NCBI GenBank assembly: GCA_951406725.2 | Contig: OX597820.1 | Span: 37,014,001-37,078,000, forward strand | Origin: Octopus vulgaris | Taxonomy: Eukaryota | Reading direction: 5' to 3' | DNA: 64,000 nt | Shown here: positions 1 through 12,128 of the stretch, one piece after another | Position numbering within the stretch: position 1 is the stretch's first letter | How the letters are laid out: the number at the start of each line of letters is the position of its first letter | Position numbers and translations under genes: made by a program | Notes under the pieces: generated by a model | The model's input: only the letters and a program-made list of their open reading frames with translations | Told to the model about the DNA's origin: nothing | Databases searched by the model: none

Positions 1-462
1 GGTAAATATTTAAAAGAAGGCATAGATAGGATAATATAAGGAAATATGAATGATAAACCATAGCATGAAATTGCCGATTTCATTTAGATAATCTGCTTTT
101 GATTTATTTAATTTGTAAAATATGGGAGGAGGTGTGCCATTTGGAGGAAAGGAGCATTAAGCTACAAAATGATGAAAAGCATTGAATTAACTGATCAAGT
201 TCCACCACTTCTGAGACAACTAAATATATATGTAACTAACACCATCTTCCAAACTATACGCCTTTACATTCCTCATACAACTAAATCTTTTAACTCTCAA
301 ATGTTTTTTTTTTATTGCTACTGAGTTGTAGTAATATTATCAGTGAACACTGCAAACAATTCCTGGAGGAAGACACTGGTACCAACCTGATTATCAAACT
401 TTAACAACCTTTTATTAATTATATATATGTTCTGTTTATTCTATCATTCATAGACATTGCTT

Positions 463-828
463 CATCATCATCGTTTTAATTTTTATGGATGGATACTCTT
501 TCTGTTGCAAACTTACAAGCAAGCTAATTTCCCTATGGCCATTTTCACAAAAGATTGGAAATGAAAGAACTGCTTTTATGATGGTGATGCTCATTTGCAA
601 CTATCACATGATGTCGAGACAAGGCAATACAAACACACACTCTCTCTCTCACACATGCACACACACACATACATACACAACAGATTTCTTTCAGTTTCTG
701 CCTACCAAATCCACTCACAAGATTTTGGTCATCTCTGGATGACACTTTCCCAAGGTGGCATGCCATGGGACTGAACTTGAAACTGTGCTTGGGAAGCAAA
801 TTTCTTAACCACACAGCTATATCTGTGC
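463..828 (-). mobile_element. tRNA-derived SINE (abundant family in this window)
   Basis: Reverse complement carries the recurring head GCTGTGTGGTTAAGAA..TTGCTTCCC..GTTCAGTCCC..CACCTTGGG..GTGAGTGGATTTGGTAG..GAAACTGAAAGAA seen in more than 8 places in the window; (CAT)n tail at the left end. Confidence 0.7.
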
Positions 829-1080
829 CATAAATACATAAAGAAGATTTCACTCTGTGTTTGTCTATATTTATTATATTCTGCTTCCCTTAACTTCTCA
901 TCCCATTTCACATGATGACCAGTTCTCTGCCTCTGGTCTGTCCTCTCAAACTTCTATTCTTATCTATCATAAATCTCATGATATTTTTCCATAGTTTTCT
1001 TCAGTCTCTTTCTTCCAGTTCTATCTTTCATTATCTCTGATGTCTCTTCTTTGTTCATATATAATTATCTCTCATTTTTT

Positions 1081-1570
1081 ACTATCTCTTTTTTTTTTAG
1101 TGTATCTGGTAATAACTGAGTTGACAATTTCTCACACAAGACACATCAAGAGATTTATGAAAAATATGAAAAGCTGAAGAATGACTTAATAGAAAAAATA
1201 TAAAAATATAATATTTCAACATTTTTTGAAAATGAATGGAAAATTTAGCACAGTTGATGTAAATATTAGCCACATGTTGTATGCTTGAGCTGAGTCATAT
1301 AAATTCAAGGATTAAATCTTGGAGAAGAAATCTGTCCTCAAACATACTTGAAAGATGTTATGTATAACTGAGACAAAAGTACAAATATTTTCAAATATTT
1401 ATGTCAGATAAAATAGACTGTATTATCAGTAAGTTTTGATCTCCTGATTATTCAGTAGTCTAGCATGTTAATCACAGTGTCTCTTTGCCTTCTAACCACA
1501 CAATTTATTTTCACAAAATTATATAATAATAATAAAAAGGAATAATATTTTATGACCGACAAATCACATA
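1081..1570 (+). other. 3' splice acceptor (AG at 1099-1100) and ~470-nt untranslated leader of the ZNF coding exon
   Basis: Polypyrimidine tract CTCTTTTTTTTTTAG. Sequence after the AG aligns by eye with the paralogous exon start at 14722. Confidence 0.6.
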
Positions 1571-2845
1571 ATGGAGGAGAGACTGTCTGAGAATCAGGTT
1601 TCTAACGAAACACAATGTGAGAATAATGAGTTTAATCACCAAACTGAAGAAGATGTAGGGAAGAAATCATACCACTGTGACATCAAAGGAAAGACATTCA
1701 TGAAAAGTAAGGACTGCAATGAAGACAAACCATTTCAAGCAGGTTCAAATGTTTACTGTTCTAAAATATGTGGTAAAGGATTTATCAGAAGTTGTTCTGT
1801 ATCTCCACATCAATGTATTGAGACATGTGAGAAACAATATCACTGTGATATGTGTGGTGAAGCATTTTCTTGGAATGAAGATGAACATTCAGCTAGTCAT
1901 GTATGCACTCACACAGGGGAAAAATCATACTGTTGTGAATTCTGTGGCAAAACATTTGCGTACATCGGAATTGCAAATACCCACAAACGTACACACACAG
2001 GTGAGAAACCATTCCGCTGTGATATCTGTGGGAAAGTATTCTCTCGTAAGGGTATCTTAACTGTTCACAAGCGTACACACACTGGTGAGAAACCATACCA
2101 CTGTGATATCTGTGGCAAAACATTCTCTCGTAATAGCCAAGTGATTGTTCATAAACGTAGTCATACAGGTGAGAAACCATACCAATGTGATATCTGTGGT
2201 AACAAATTTTCTATGCATGTACATTTAGTTAATCATAAGCGTACTCACACAGGAGAAAAACCCTTCCACTGTGATATCTGCGGTAAAACATTCTCTCGTA
2301 ATGCTGAATTAACTATTCATAAACGTAGTCATACAGGTGAGAAACCATACCAATGTGATATCTGTGGGAAAACATTTCCTCGTAAAAATACCTTGACTAT
2401 TCACAAACGTACACACACAGGGGAGAAACCATACCACTGTGATATCTGTAGTAAAACATTTTCTTGTAATAGTGACTTGACTGTTCACAAACGTATTCAC
2501 ACAGGTGAGAAACCATACCATTGTGATATCTGTGGTACAACATTCTCTCGTAATGATAAATTAACTATTCACAAACGTAGCCATACTGGTGAGAAACCAT
2601 TCTCCTGTGATATCTGTGGTAAAACATTCTCTCAGAAGCCTAGTTTAACTTCTCATATACTTACTCACACAGGTGAGAAACAGTACCCTTGTGATATCTG
2701 TAGTAAAAGTTTTTCTACAAATTCTAATTTAACTATTCACAAACGTATTCATACAGGTGAGAAACCATATAATTGTGATATTTGTGGTAAAAAGTTTTCT
2801 CGTAATTTTCATTTGACTAGACACATAAGCATTCACACAATTTAA
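1571..2845 (+). CDS. C2H2 poly-zinc-finger protein, 424 aa (ZNF-A); 11 canonical fingers, 1 atypical, 2 degenerate N-terminal fingers
   Basis: Repeated CxxC-x12-HxxxH with TGEKP linkers, uninterrupted ORF, short acidic N-terminus MEERLSEN. No KRAB, SCAN or BTB domain recognisable. Confidence 0.95.
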   Translation: MEERLSENQVSNETQCENNEFNHQTEEDVGKKSYHCDIKGKTFMKSKDCNEDKPFQAGSNVYCSKICGKGFIRSCSVSPHQCIETCEKQYHCDMCGEAFSWNEDEHSASHVCTHTGEKSYCCEFCGKTFAYIGIANTHKRTHTGEKPFRCDICGKVFSRKGILTVHKRTHTGEKPYHCDICGKTFSRNSQVIVHKRSHTGEKPYQCDICGNKFSMHVHLVNHKRTHTGEKPFHCDICGKTFSRNAELTIHKRSHTGEKPYQCDICGKTFPRKNTLTIHKRTHTGEKPYHCDICSKTFSCNSDLTVHKRIHTGEKPYHCDICGTTFSRNDKLTIHKRSHTGEKPFSCDICGKTFSQKPSLTSHILTHTGEKQYPCDICSKSFSTNSNLTIHKRIHTGEKPYNCDICGKKFSRNFHLTRHISIHTI

Positions 2846-3066
2846 AAACTATAATACTGTAAAATCTGATAATTCAGTTTCTAATTATGGTAAATTGACT
2901 GTTCATATACCTACCTACACAAGTAAGAAACCTTCGTTTTTTACCTGTGAGTTGCTTGGTGAAAACATTCTCTTGATTGTTCATATATAACTTGAGAATT
3001 GATACCACAGGGAATTCTGTGGTCAAACAGTCTCTCAAAATGTTAATTTGACTTATAGACATATTT

Positions 3067-3422
3067 ACATCATCCACATCATCATTGTTATTGTTTCAAT
3101 GCCAGATTTACCATGCTTTCATGGGTCATATCGAATTCATTGATCAGATTTTCTATGGCTGGATGCTCTTCTTGTCACTAACCCTCATCATGGCTGGACA
3201 TGTTTTCATGAAAGACACCACTTGTATGATGGTAGTGCTTGTTTGTAATTGACACCAAATTTCCAGAAAGGGAGAGACACACACATATGCATATGTAAAT
3301 ATATAATAATCTTCCAGTTTCTAACTACCAAATCCACTCATAAGGCTTTGGTAGGCTTGGAGTTATAGTAGAAAATACCTGCTCAATGTGTCACAGTGGG
3401 ATTGAACCCAAAACCACTGTGT
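3067..3422 (-). mobile_element. SINE copy in ZNF-A 3' region
   Basis: Same family motifs (TACCAAATCCACTCA.AAGGCTTTGGT; GGGATTGAACCC). Absent at the equivalent position of the paralogue. Confidence 0.65.
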
Positions 3423-3752
3423 AATAAATCAAACCATTGAGTAAGCATTTCCCTGATATCTATGGTTAAGTTATTTGAAAGATTAGGTTGATTAATCACA
3501 AATTAATCTACTCAGGTGAAAAAGCAATCCACCATGAATTCTATGGGCATACATTGCCTCAGAATGCTCATTCAGCACATGATATATTCATGTATATAAT
3601 AACCAAACCAATGTGAGATTTGAGGGAAAACATTATCTCAGTACTAATTTAATTAGTCACAAATATACTTAAAACTCATGAAAGATATTATCACAAAATT
3701 ATATCAAACCACAGAAAAGTAGTTGGGGAGATGTACTTCAGTAGAATATTTG

Positions 3753-4152
3753 TCATCATCATCATCATTTAATGTCCATTTTCCCATGCTTCCATGGGTC
3801 AAATAGAACTTGTCGAGGCAGATGCCCTTCCTGTTGCCAACCCTCACCTGTTTCCAAGCAAGGTAATAATTTCCCTGTAGCCAGACATATTTTCAAGGAA
3901 GACTGGAAATGAAGGACACCGTTTGTATGCTGGTGACATTTGTTTACAACCATTGTGATAACCAAACAAATGAATACTAACACACACACACATACACATT
4001 TATGATAGGCTTTCAGTTTCTATGCACCAAATACACTCACATGGCTTTGGTTGGCCCAGGGCTCTAGAAGAAGAGACACTTGCCCATGGTGCCATGCAGT
4101 GGGACTGAACCCAAAACCATATAATTAGAAAGTAAATTAAATTACATAGCTC
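3753..4152 (-). mobile_element. SINE copy in ZNF-A 3' region
   Basis: (CAT)n tail, GGATGCCCTTCCTGTTGCCAACC-like segment, GGGACTGAACCC B-box-like segment. Confidence 0.65.
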
Positions 4153-4871
4153 CCACCCTCTGGGAAAATGGGTAATATGAGAATTTATTCATTTTGATTG
4201 TGAAATACTATATCATTTCAGAAATTTTTGTCGTATTTGAATTTTATTGAAAAATTACTAATACACAACTGTCATGTTTAGCATCAATTATTCTTATAAG
4301 TTTGTCGTACAACTCATCTCTGTGGGTGAGAACCTTTTTGAAAATATCCACACATTGACCTTTTCTTCTAATTAAAATATACTTTTTATATTTTTCAAGT
4401 GATTAAATTTTAACTTTTATGAAAGACAGTAATTTCAATTTAATTATTTAAACCTTGTCTCAGAATCTGAATTTTATACACACACACACAGAGTTTTAAA
4501 ATTAGCATTAAAAATATTTGGCTGATATGTTTCCTAATTATTTATTTGAGAATGATTTGATTACAAACTCACAATCATCAGTTTTGTTGCTACGAGCATT
4601 TAAAAATTCATATTAAGTGTACTTTTTACTGTGATGTAATAACACCGGAATTATGTTTGGTGGGTGCTTATGTTAATAGCTGCCATTTATTCTATATTAG
4701 ACTTTGCCAAAATATATTATCCTCTATTTAAGACACATACAAAAACAGTAGAAAAATAATGAGTTGCAGTTAACTTGTCAAAGGCAGAGGTCAAGAAGCT
4801 AATTTTACCTCAGTTATAAAAACTCTGAGAACTTCTGTAATTTCTGTTTATATATATCAAAAAAGGATCAA

Positions 4872-5056
4872 AGGCTCTTCATGAGCCATAAGCTCATAAG
4901 GCTAGTTTCCCAGATTCTATTGCGTATACATTCCCCACTGGACGGACACCATTGCAGGATTTCTCATTTTAACAGTCGAGTGCACTAGCACAATATGAAA
5001 TGTGTTTTGCTGAAGATTCTAATGCATTGCCCACTCCAGCAATTGAAACCACTATA
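4872..5056 (-). mobile_element. Second SINE family, degenerate
   Basis: Reverse strand reads GGTTTCAATT..GGGCAATGCATT..AGCAAAACACATTTCA..CCTGCAATGGTGTCCGTCCAGTGGGG, resembling tRNA-head plus conserved-core SINEs. Confidence 0.45.
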
Positions 5057-5486
5057 AGTTTTCTTAGATACCAATTCAATTAATAAACATTAAAAGCTGA
5101 TTGAGCAACTATTTTTAAACTAACAGTGTATAGTTGGATGAAATGGTGATTGTAATGGAACAAAATATAGGTGGGCAGGGCAGTAAGGAATATTTACTGC
5201 ATTTTTGACTTTAAGAAAAAAAATTTTTTACAAATGGCAGAGTTTCTACAGCTGGATGCCCTTCCTAACGCCAACCACTCCGAGAGTGTAGTGGGCGCTT
5301 TTTATGTGCCACTGGCACAGGGGCCAGCCAGGTGGTACTGGCAACAATCTCACTCGAATAAATATATAAATTCTTTTAAAACTGTCTTGCAGTTATATTT
5401 CCAACATGGTTTATTTGAGAATATTTAAAATATCTTATGTGGTTGCATATGCTTATCAGTATCTTACTGCTGTGAACAGCTGACAA

Positions 5487-7021
5487 CACTGGGGAACATG
5501 GTTTTTGTTGTCTGATGTTAGAGACATATTCCCTAGTAATTTTTGGGTGGTGATTTCAAAAAGGAAATCCATTTTGCTCTATCATATCAAGATTTTTCAT
5601 AAACTCAGAAGTCCATTCTTCAACATTTCCAATAATGTTACAATTTCTAAGGATATTTGGCTTCATCAAATGCCAACCCATGAAATATCCTGAAATGACT
5701 TTGAAAACAGTTTTTCAATGTCATTTTAAATAAATGCAACTACGAAAGTGAAAAAAGTTATGATTTAATATCTTCAGTAATTATGATCCATTACATTATA
5801 CGTCTCATACTTGTGGAATCTGCTGTATGTCAGTAGATATGTCCATGCTGTGCTTGATTTCATGTGACTCATTGCAAAACAGGTGAGATGTGTTTTGTTG
5901 GACCTTTAATTATTTATGAAACTTGGTACTATGAATGCTCTCTTAATGTTGTAATTGTTAAGTCACATAGGTCAAGGTCACTTTTTGTCAAGCATGGTCT
6001 AAGAACTGTAGAAAAAACTTCATGCTATGTATACTCGTCATGGAACTTTGCCATCACAAATCTGCATTTGCTTACTTTATAATTGCTGACAATTCTGAGA
6101 ATATTTTCTCGTGTAACAACTGGCTTGAATATATGTTTCATATTTCAGAAATATGACCAGTTGTGAGAGAGAAAAAATGCAAAACAGCCCAGATGTCTTA
6201 CCTTACTTTTACATGAAACTGGGTGATCAAGATAAAGCCTGGGCATCCTATATAGTGTGTAAAACATGTAACACTGAGACTGCATAAGCAAAGAATTTCT
6301 GGCCTTGTCTTGTGAGAAAATTAAGGTTGGTGTTTGATGGGCCACAGATTAGGTGACTATTGCAAGACAAGCAGTATTTAGAGACCATGTCTGGCATTTA
6401 AAAAGCATGGAATGCTTTTGCTGCATTTGTGTCTGATTTCGTGAGAAACAGACAGTCATAAAATTATGAAGAATTTGTGCAGACCCTATTAACCAGTTTT
6501 TAAGCACTGGACTGCAACACGAAAGTAAATGTGCATTTCCTGCAGTTGTCTGATCTACTTCCTTGAAAATCTGAGTGCTATGAGTGATGAGCAAGGAGAA
6601 TGATCTCATCAAGACCATAGAGACTAGGTATCAAGGCAGGTGGAACATAAACATGATGGCTGACTATTGCTGGGGTCTACAGAGACTGTCATGATGCAAG
6701 TTATTCACACAAAGCAGCAATGAAAAAGTTCACTTCATGAGTAGCTTAAACTTCAATTTGCCAGAAATATTTATCCTAAAATGTGTAATATATTTGTTAA
6801 ACAATAAAAAGTAGTTTGATTTGTGTCAGTTTCTTATTTCAGTATTGCATTTAATGGTAAAATTTACATTTTTTGGAAAAAAAAAAAAGAATTTTTGTTT
6901 TACAAGAAACCTTGAAGTGACTGGACATTTCTGGAGGCATTTCTGAACTCAGCACCATCATATTAGCTAGTTGTAAAAAGCAAGTCAACTAAAAATTTTT
7001 TTTCGAATATGTTCCTCAGTA
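5487..7021 (+). mobile_element. Chapaev3-like (CMC) DNA transposon, internally deleted and degenerate
   Basis: Short TIRs CACTGGGGAACAT (5487) and ATGTTCCTCAGTA (7009-7021). Frameshifted transposase C-terminal motif SDEQGE..HQD...RYQGRWN.NMMADYCW at ~6582-6673, and LGDQDKAWAS-like N-terminal motif at ~6219-6250. Confidence 0.7.
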
Positions 7022-7199
7022 TAATTCATCTAAAATGATGGAATTATTGCAAAATATGTCTCCTGTAATTTCTCTCTCAATATGCTCCTAGATATTTGAG
7101 ACCACTTAAAGAAGCATTCTCTGTAATAAGTGAGGTGAATACAGTTAATATTCCCTTTGAACTGTAGTGAATTAATATTTGAATAGTGTTATTAGGAAT

Positions 7200-7610
7200 A
7201 AAGACATCAAAAGGACATGCTCATGTAAATACCCCAGACAACTTCTACTGTGTCTGCACACAATATACACCTATACTATAGCAAAGGAATGTAGCCACAG
7301 CATCAAGGATAAAACTTGTCTACAAGTACTATTTTGGTTGTAAAGAGGAACATACGAGTAACTGGACATTACATATTTGCTGTGCACTGTTTAATACAAT
7401 GTTAACAGATTGATTGAATTGGGAAAGAAAAGTTATGCCATTTGCATTCCCATGATTTGGTGTGAACCCACAAATTACATGATGATTGTTATTTTTGATT
7501 GATAAGTAGCTAATTTCACGAAGAAAAATAATTCAAAGATCAACTACTCATACTGCTGATTAGCCTTAAAGTCTATACTACATGATGAAGCAAACCCATT
7601 ACCAGTTCCC
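7200..7610 (+). mobile_element. Second Chapaev3-like transposase 5' fragment
   Basis: Frameshifted translation CVNTPDNF..VC..YKYYFGCK..W..HICC..MPFA.PMIW.EPTN..DDCYF, characteristic of the Chapaev3 N-terminus. Confidence 0.65.
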
Positions 7611-8649
7611 TAAAGAACAATTTTGAAGATTTAGCAGTGGTATGGAAGCAGAGAAAGGTAGCTTGCATGTTCCAGATGCAGATAGTTCTTCACATTTGCT
7701 AGTTCAAGCATAGTTTGTGGTTGAGCCTGTGGCAGTGGATACCTCCAGTGTTCTTCGCTCTTGGATCTCATCCCTGCTCTCTACTATTAGTATGGTTATG
7801 GTTATCCACAAGTTTGAGCCCCATGATTCAGAGTGGTTGTAATGTGTCACACAGAAGTTTGAAAAAAAAAAAAAGAAGACCCGTCAAATCAAGAACTAAC
7901 AAACGTCTCCCCTGGGATGACCATGAGAAAGCATCTCCAAACTAACAAGCACAATACTAATGAGAATCTTCAATACTTTTAGCCTATGCTGCTAACATTA
8001 TTTACATATCTAACCCTTGCTAACAATAAAAGTAGCATACTTTGCTTAGGCATTAGAAACCATGAAAGAAAAGAAACAAGGAGTTACAGAAAATCTGCAA
8101 CTAAGAGATAAATTTGGTTGTAAGATCTGAATTGAGCATAGCTGATTTAATTAGAAACAGTGGTCCACTTGTGTGTAGCAGAAAAAGTCATTTGCTGCAT
8201 AGCAAATTCGGTGTTAAAATTTTTTAGTTAACTGTAGAATTATGTCCCCTGACAATTTGTTAAATCCCTATTCCGTTCAATTGCTGCAGTTGTTTGGTTT
8301 AAATTGATATTCCTTTGTCAGTTTTAGTCTAAAACTGCTACATAGTTGGATCAAACTAAATATAGTTGATTGGTATTTAACCGAGTATGGTTTCTTTATT
8401 ACGTTGAGCCAAAAATGGAAATCAAGTTTTGTTGTAGAATCCTGAAGCTGTTATTGTTCACAAGCACTTAGGTTGTTAATGCTTAAGCAAATTTAACATC
8501 TTCCATATTAAGTCTATATTAACATTTATACCCAGCAATATTGTATACATGTCATTTTTCATGCATCTTTTTGTTTTGATATTGCTTATAATTGAAATAA
8601 AAGAAAGAAGCTGAAAGAACATAACATGAATTTTACGAAACTAATTGTT

Positions 8650-9085
8650 ATGACATCTCACGAGATTCTCGTGTTGGACCAAGGTTGCCGTTATCTTCTC
8701 CTACTTTATTAATTCTGCACTTCATAACAAAACATGAAAGTTCATAGAAAATTAAAAAGAGAAAAAAAATTGCAGTGAATTGATTTTGTGGTGAGGTATG
8801 AAATGTCTAATGTCTCGAACATTCGTATAGAAAGAATATAGAGGCTAATACCACGATCGCAGGCTGACAAGGCAAACTGCTACGCTTAGGAATTTTATGG
8901 ATTAACTTTTGCCAACACAGACCACTACCACCAACAACACCATTCCCTTGGATTTAAGATCTTAGCTTCTCATAAAATATGGCGGACATTGGGGAATTGA
9001 ACCCCTACTCTCTGACAAAACTTATAGCTTCTCGTTAAAGTGAGAGCGTTTCATTATTTTTGTGAGATAATACATTTTTCTTGGT
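8650..9085 (+). promoter_or_regulatory. Candidate promoter / first exon upstream of the TIGD-like ORF
   Basis: Local CpG retention; TCTCACGAGA and palindrome CACGAGATTCTCGTG (8656-8673); YY1-like AAAATATGGCGG (8974-8985); weak donor G|GTAAAA at 9084 and acceptor TTTTTCAG at 9271-9278. Direction is inferred. Confidence 0.35.
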
Positions 9086-9139
9086 AAAATGAAAAATTAG
9101 TATTGACTTGCTTTCTGCATATATATGTATATATATATA

Positions 9140-9200
9140 GAGAGAGAGAGTCGCTTATTATAATCACGGATTATGTTATCAAAGGTTATTGTCATCAAAA
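9140..9200 (+). mobile_element. Degenerate 5' terminal repeat of a pogo/Tigger element
   Basis: GAGTCGCTTATTATAATCACGGATTATGTTATCAAAGGTTATTGTCATCAAA has the short-period internal repetition typical of pogo-like ends. It follows a TA/GA run. No matching 3' TIR found downstream. Confidence 0.45.
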
Positions 9201-9393
9201 TGAAACTTTTCTAAATACTTTATTTAATGTAAAGAGTTATTCACTTACTGCTCTAGAGATTGTTATCAAATTTTTCAGTTAAGCTGTTTTCGTTGACATT
9301 TGTCAGAGACCAAACAAAGTTGTGATATTGATATTTATTTATATTGTTTCCTAATTAAATAAAGTGAGCATAGGCGACTATTAAAACTTCATC

Positions 9394-10932
9394 ATGATGA
9401 AAGAGGTAAATAAGAAACGTAAAGATTTGTCTTTACAAGAAAAACTAAACATATTGGGGTGTTATGATAAGTTACCGAAAATGAGCCAGCGCAGTGCTGC
9501 TGTTTACTTAAATATTTCTCAACCACTATTGTGTAAGATTTTAAAAAACAGATCTAGTATTGAGAAATTAGCACTTTCTAATGAGAACATAGATCGTAAG
9601 AGAGTACGGTCTGGCAAAGATAGTCAAATTGAGTCAGCATTGAAAATTTGGTTTGGCAATGTTCGTGAAAAGAATACAACAATTAATGGCCCGCTGATGC
9701 GCCAAAAAGCAGAAGAGTTTGCAAAAGAAATGGGTAAAACAAATTTCACACCAACTGAAGGTTGGTTTAACAGATGGAAAAGACGAGAGAATATTGTATA
9801 CAAACGTGTTCATGGCGAGGGGAAAAGGGCTAACGTTTCATCAGCTGAAATGTGGATTAAGACAGAATGGCCAAAAATTATTGCTGAATATTCTCCGGAA
9901 GATATTTACAATGCAGACGAAACAGGGATTTATTTTCGAGCAATGCCGGAACATACTTATTCGTTAAAAAATGAAAATGCCAAAGGATTTAAATGTTCAA
10001 AAGAGCAAGTGACAGTTCTATGTTGCGCTAATATGAAAGGGCAGAAACGAGAGCTTGTGGTTATTGGAAAAAGTAAAAATCCTGTGTGTTTTAAAGGTGT
10101 CAAAAGTTTACCTGTTCGTTACTGTTCAAATGCTAATGCTTGGATGACTACAGATATTTTTAACAACTGGTTACTTATGTGGGATTTGGAATTAAAGCGA
10201 AAAATTGTATTGTTAGTTGACAATTGTTTGGCACATAGAAATAATTTGTCATTAAAGAACATCAAATTAATTTTACTACCTTCAGATACAACATCATTAA
10301 TTCAGCCATGTGACCAAGGCATCACACGGGCTTTAAAAGCTTATTATCGTAGAGAAATTTGTACAAGAATTTTACCTGAAATTGATGATAGTCAAAGTCA
10401 GTCGGATGTAAATGCAATCGCAAAACAGATTTCCCTTCTTGATGTATTGCATATGCTAGCAATGTCATGGGACCAAGTATCAGTGAAGACTATTGAAAAC
10501 TGTTTCAAAAAAAGTGGATTTTGTAAAACAAACACAGAAACCCTTGTTAACAATGAATTAGAACTTATTACAAACGAAATTCTTGACAGAAACCCAGATG
10601 AAATGCAAAAAGAAGAGTTTGACTATTGGTTGGCTATCGATGACAAAGTGGAAGTGGAGGCTACAATGACAGTGTCAGAAATATGCCAGGCTGTTACTGA
10701 TACAGATTCTAAATTAGAAGAGAATGAGCTGAATCCTGAAGAAGAAATTCCAGAAGTTCCAACCAATGCTCAGATGCGAGAAGCTCTAAAAATACTTCGT
10801 CGTGGTGTGCAACATCGATCAGTAGAATTTCAAAAGCAGTATGAGTATGAGCGGTTTGTTAATGAACTACTAAATGTAAACAGTATGCACAATCAACAAT
10901 GGGTAAGTTATTTTTCTTCTTTAAATAAATAA
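9394..10932 (+). CDS. Tigger/pogo transposase-derived protein (TIGD4/TIGD6-like; HTH + CENP-B-type HTH + DDE_1), 512 aa
   Basis: Uninterrupted ORF with KRKDLSLQEK HTH, GPLMRQKA..EGWFNRWKRR, and catalytic motifs IYNADETG, LLVDN and IQPCDQGI (DD30D spacing). Confidence 0.92.
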   Translation: MMKEVNKKRKDLSLQEKLNILGCYDKLPKMSQRSAAVYLNISQPLLCKILKNRSSIEKLALSNENIDRKRVRSGKDSQIESALKIWFGNVREKNTTINGPLMRQKAEEFAKEMGKTNFTPTEGWFNRWKRRENIVYKRVHGEGKRANVSSAEMWIKTEWPKIIAEYSPEDIYNADETGIYFRAMPEHTYSLKNENAKGFKCSKEQVTVLCCANMKGQKRELVVIGKSKNPVCFKGVKSLPVRYCSNANAWMTTDIFNNWLLMWDLELKRKIVLLVDNCLAHRNNLSLKNIKLILLPSDTTSLIQPCDQGITRALKAYYRREICTRILPEIDDSQSQSDVNAIAKQISLLDVLHMLAMSWDQVSVKTIENCFKKSGFCKTNTETLVNNELELITNEILDRNPDEMQKEEFDYWLAIDDKVEVEATMTVSEICQAVTDTDSKLEENELNPEEEIPEVPTNAQMREALKILRRGVQHRSVEFQKQYEYERFVNELLNVNSMHNQQWVSYFSSLNK

Positions 10933-10942
10933 TTGTTAATAA

Positions 10943-12128
10943 GAGGTGGGTGTGTGGTTAAGAAGTTTGCTTCCCATCTATATGGTTTCAAGTTCCACCC
11001 CACTACATGACATCTTGGGCAAATGTCTTCTGCTATAGCCTTGTGAGTAAATATGGTAGATAAAAACTGAAAGAAGTCCATCATTTATACACACACATAC
11101 ATATGTCCATGTGTATGAGTCTCCTCTTCACATCACATGCTAGTTATAAATGAGTGTTACTCATTTACTGTGAAAACATTCTTTTTTCAGTCATTTGACT
11201 GTGGCCATGCTGGAGCACCACCTTTGGTCAAACAAATGAACCCCCCAGGACTTATTCTTTGTAAGCCTAGTACTTATTCTATTGGTCTCTTTTGTGAAAC
11301 CACTAAGTTACAGGGACATAAACACACCAACATTGGTTGTCAAGCGATGGTGGGGGTGACAAATACAGACAGACAAACATATACATCAGGCTGTTGCTGA
11401 TGCAGATTCTAAATTAGAAGAGAATGAACTGAAGATATTCCAACCAATGCTCAGGTGCCAAATCCACTCACAAGGCTTTGGTTGGGCTGAGGCTGTAGTA
11501 GAAGACATTTGCCCAAGGTGCCACACAGTAAGACTGAACCTGGAACCATGTGGTTGAAAAGCAAGCTTCTTACCATACAGCCACGCCTGTGCTTATTTAC
11601 CATGTGGAAATATCTTGCTTGGAAACAAGTGAGGATTGGTAACAGGAAGGGTATTCAACTGTAGAAAATCTGCTTCCACAAACACTGTCCAACCCATGCA
11701 AGCATGGAAGAGTGAATGTTTAAACAATGATGTCAGTTTCTAATTCATTTAAATAATAATTTGAAGTTAATTAATTTCATATCCTGGCATAGCTGTGTGG
11801 TAAGAAGCTTGCTTCCCATTCACATGGTTCCAAGTTCAGTCCCATTGTGGTACCAATCTTCTATAGCCTCGGGTCAACCAAAGCCTTGTGAGTGGATTAT
11901 GTATATATGTATGTATATTTGTGTTTTTGTTTTTGTGTTTGTTTTTCCACCATCGCTTGACAACCGATTTCAGTGTGTTTACGTCCCAATAACTGAGTGG
12001 TTTGGCAAATAGACTGATGGAATAAGTACTAGGCTTACAAAGAATAACTCCTAGGGTTGATTTCTTTCACTAAAACCCTTTAAGGCAGTGCTCCAGCATG
12101 GTCACACTCAAATGACCAAAGCAAGTCA
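10943..12128. mobile_element. Cluster of SINE copies in alternating orientation (+ ~10943-11160, - ~11180-11592, + ~11783-12128)
   Basis: Family head TGTGTGGT(T)AAGAAG.TTGCTTCCC on + at 10951 and 11794; reverse-complement head at 11555-11592. Confidence 0.7.

Noticed and set aside
1719-2521. Alternative-frame and antisense ORFs over ZNF-A (and likewise 42138-43034 over ZNF-C)
   Set aside because: By-products of the 84-nt finger periodicity; no independent coding signal.
1900-2840. 84-bp periodic repeats as a CRISPR-like array
   Set aside because: They are in-frame C2H2 finger/linker repeats in eukaryotic DNA; no cas genes.
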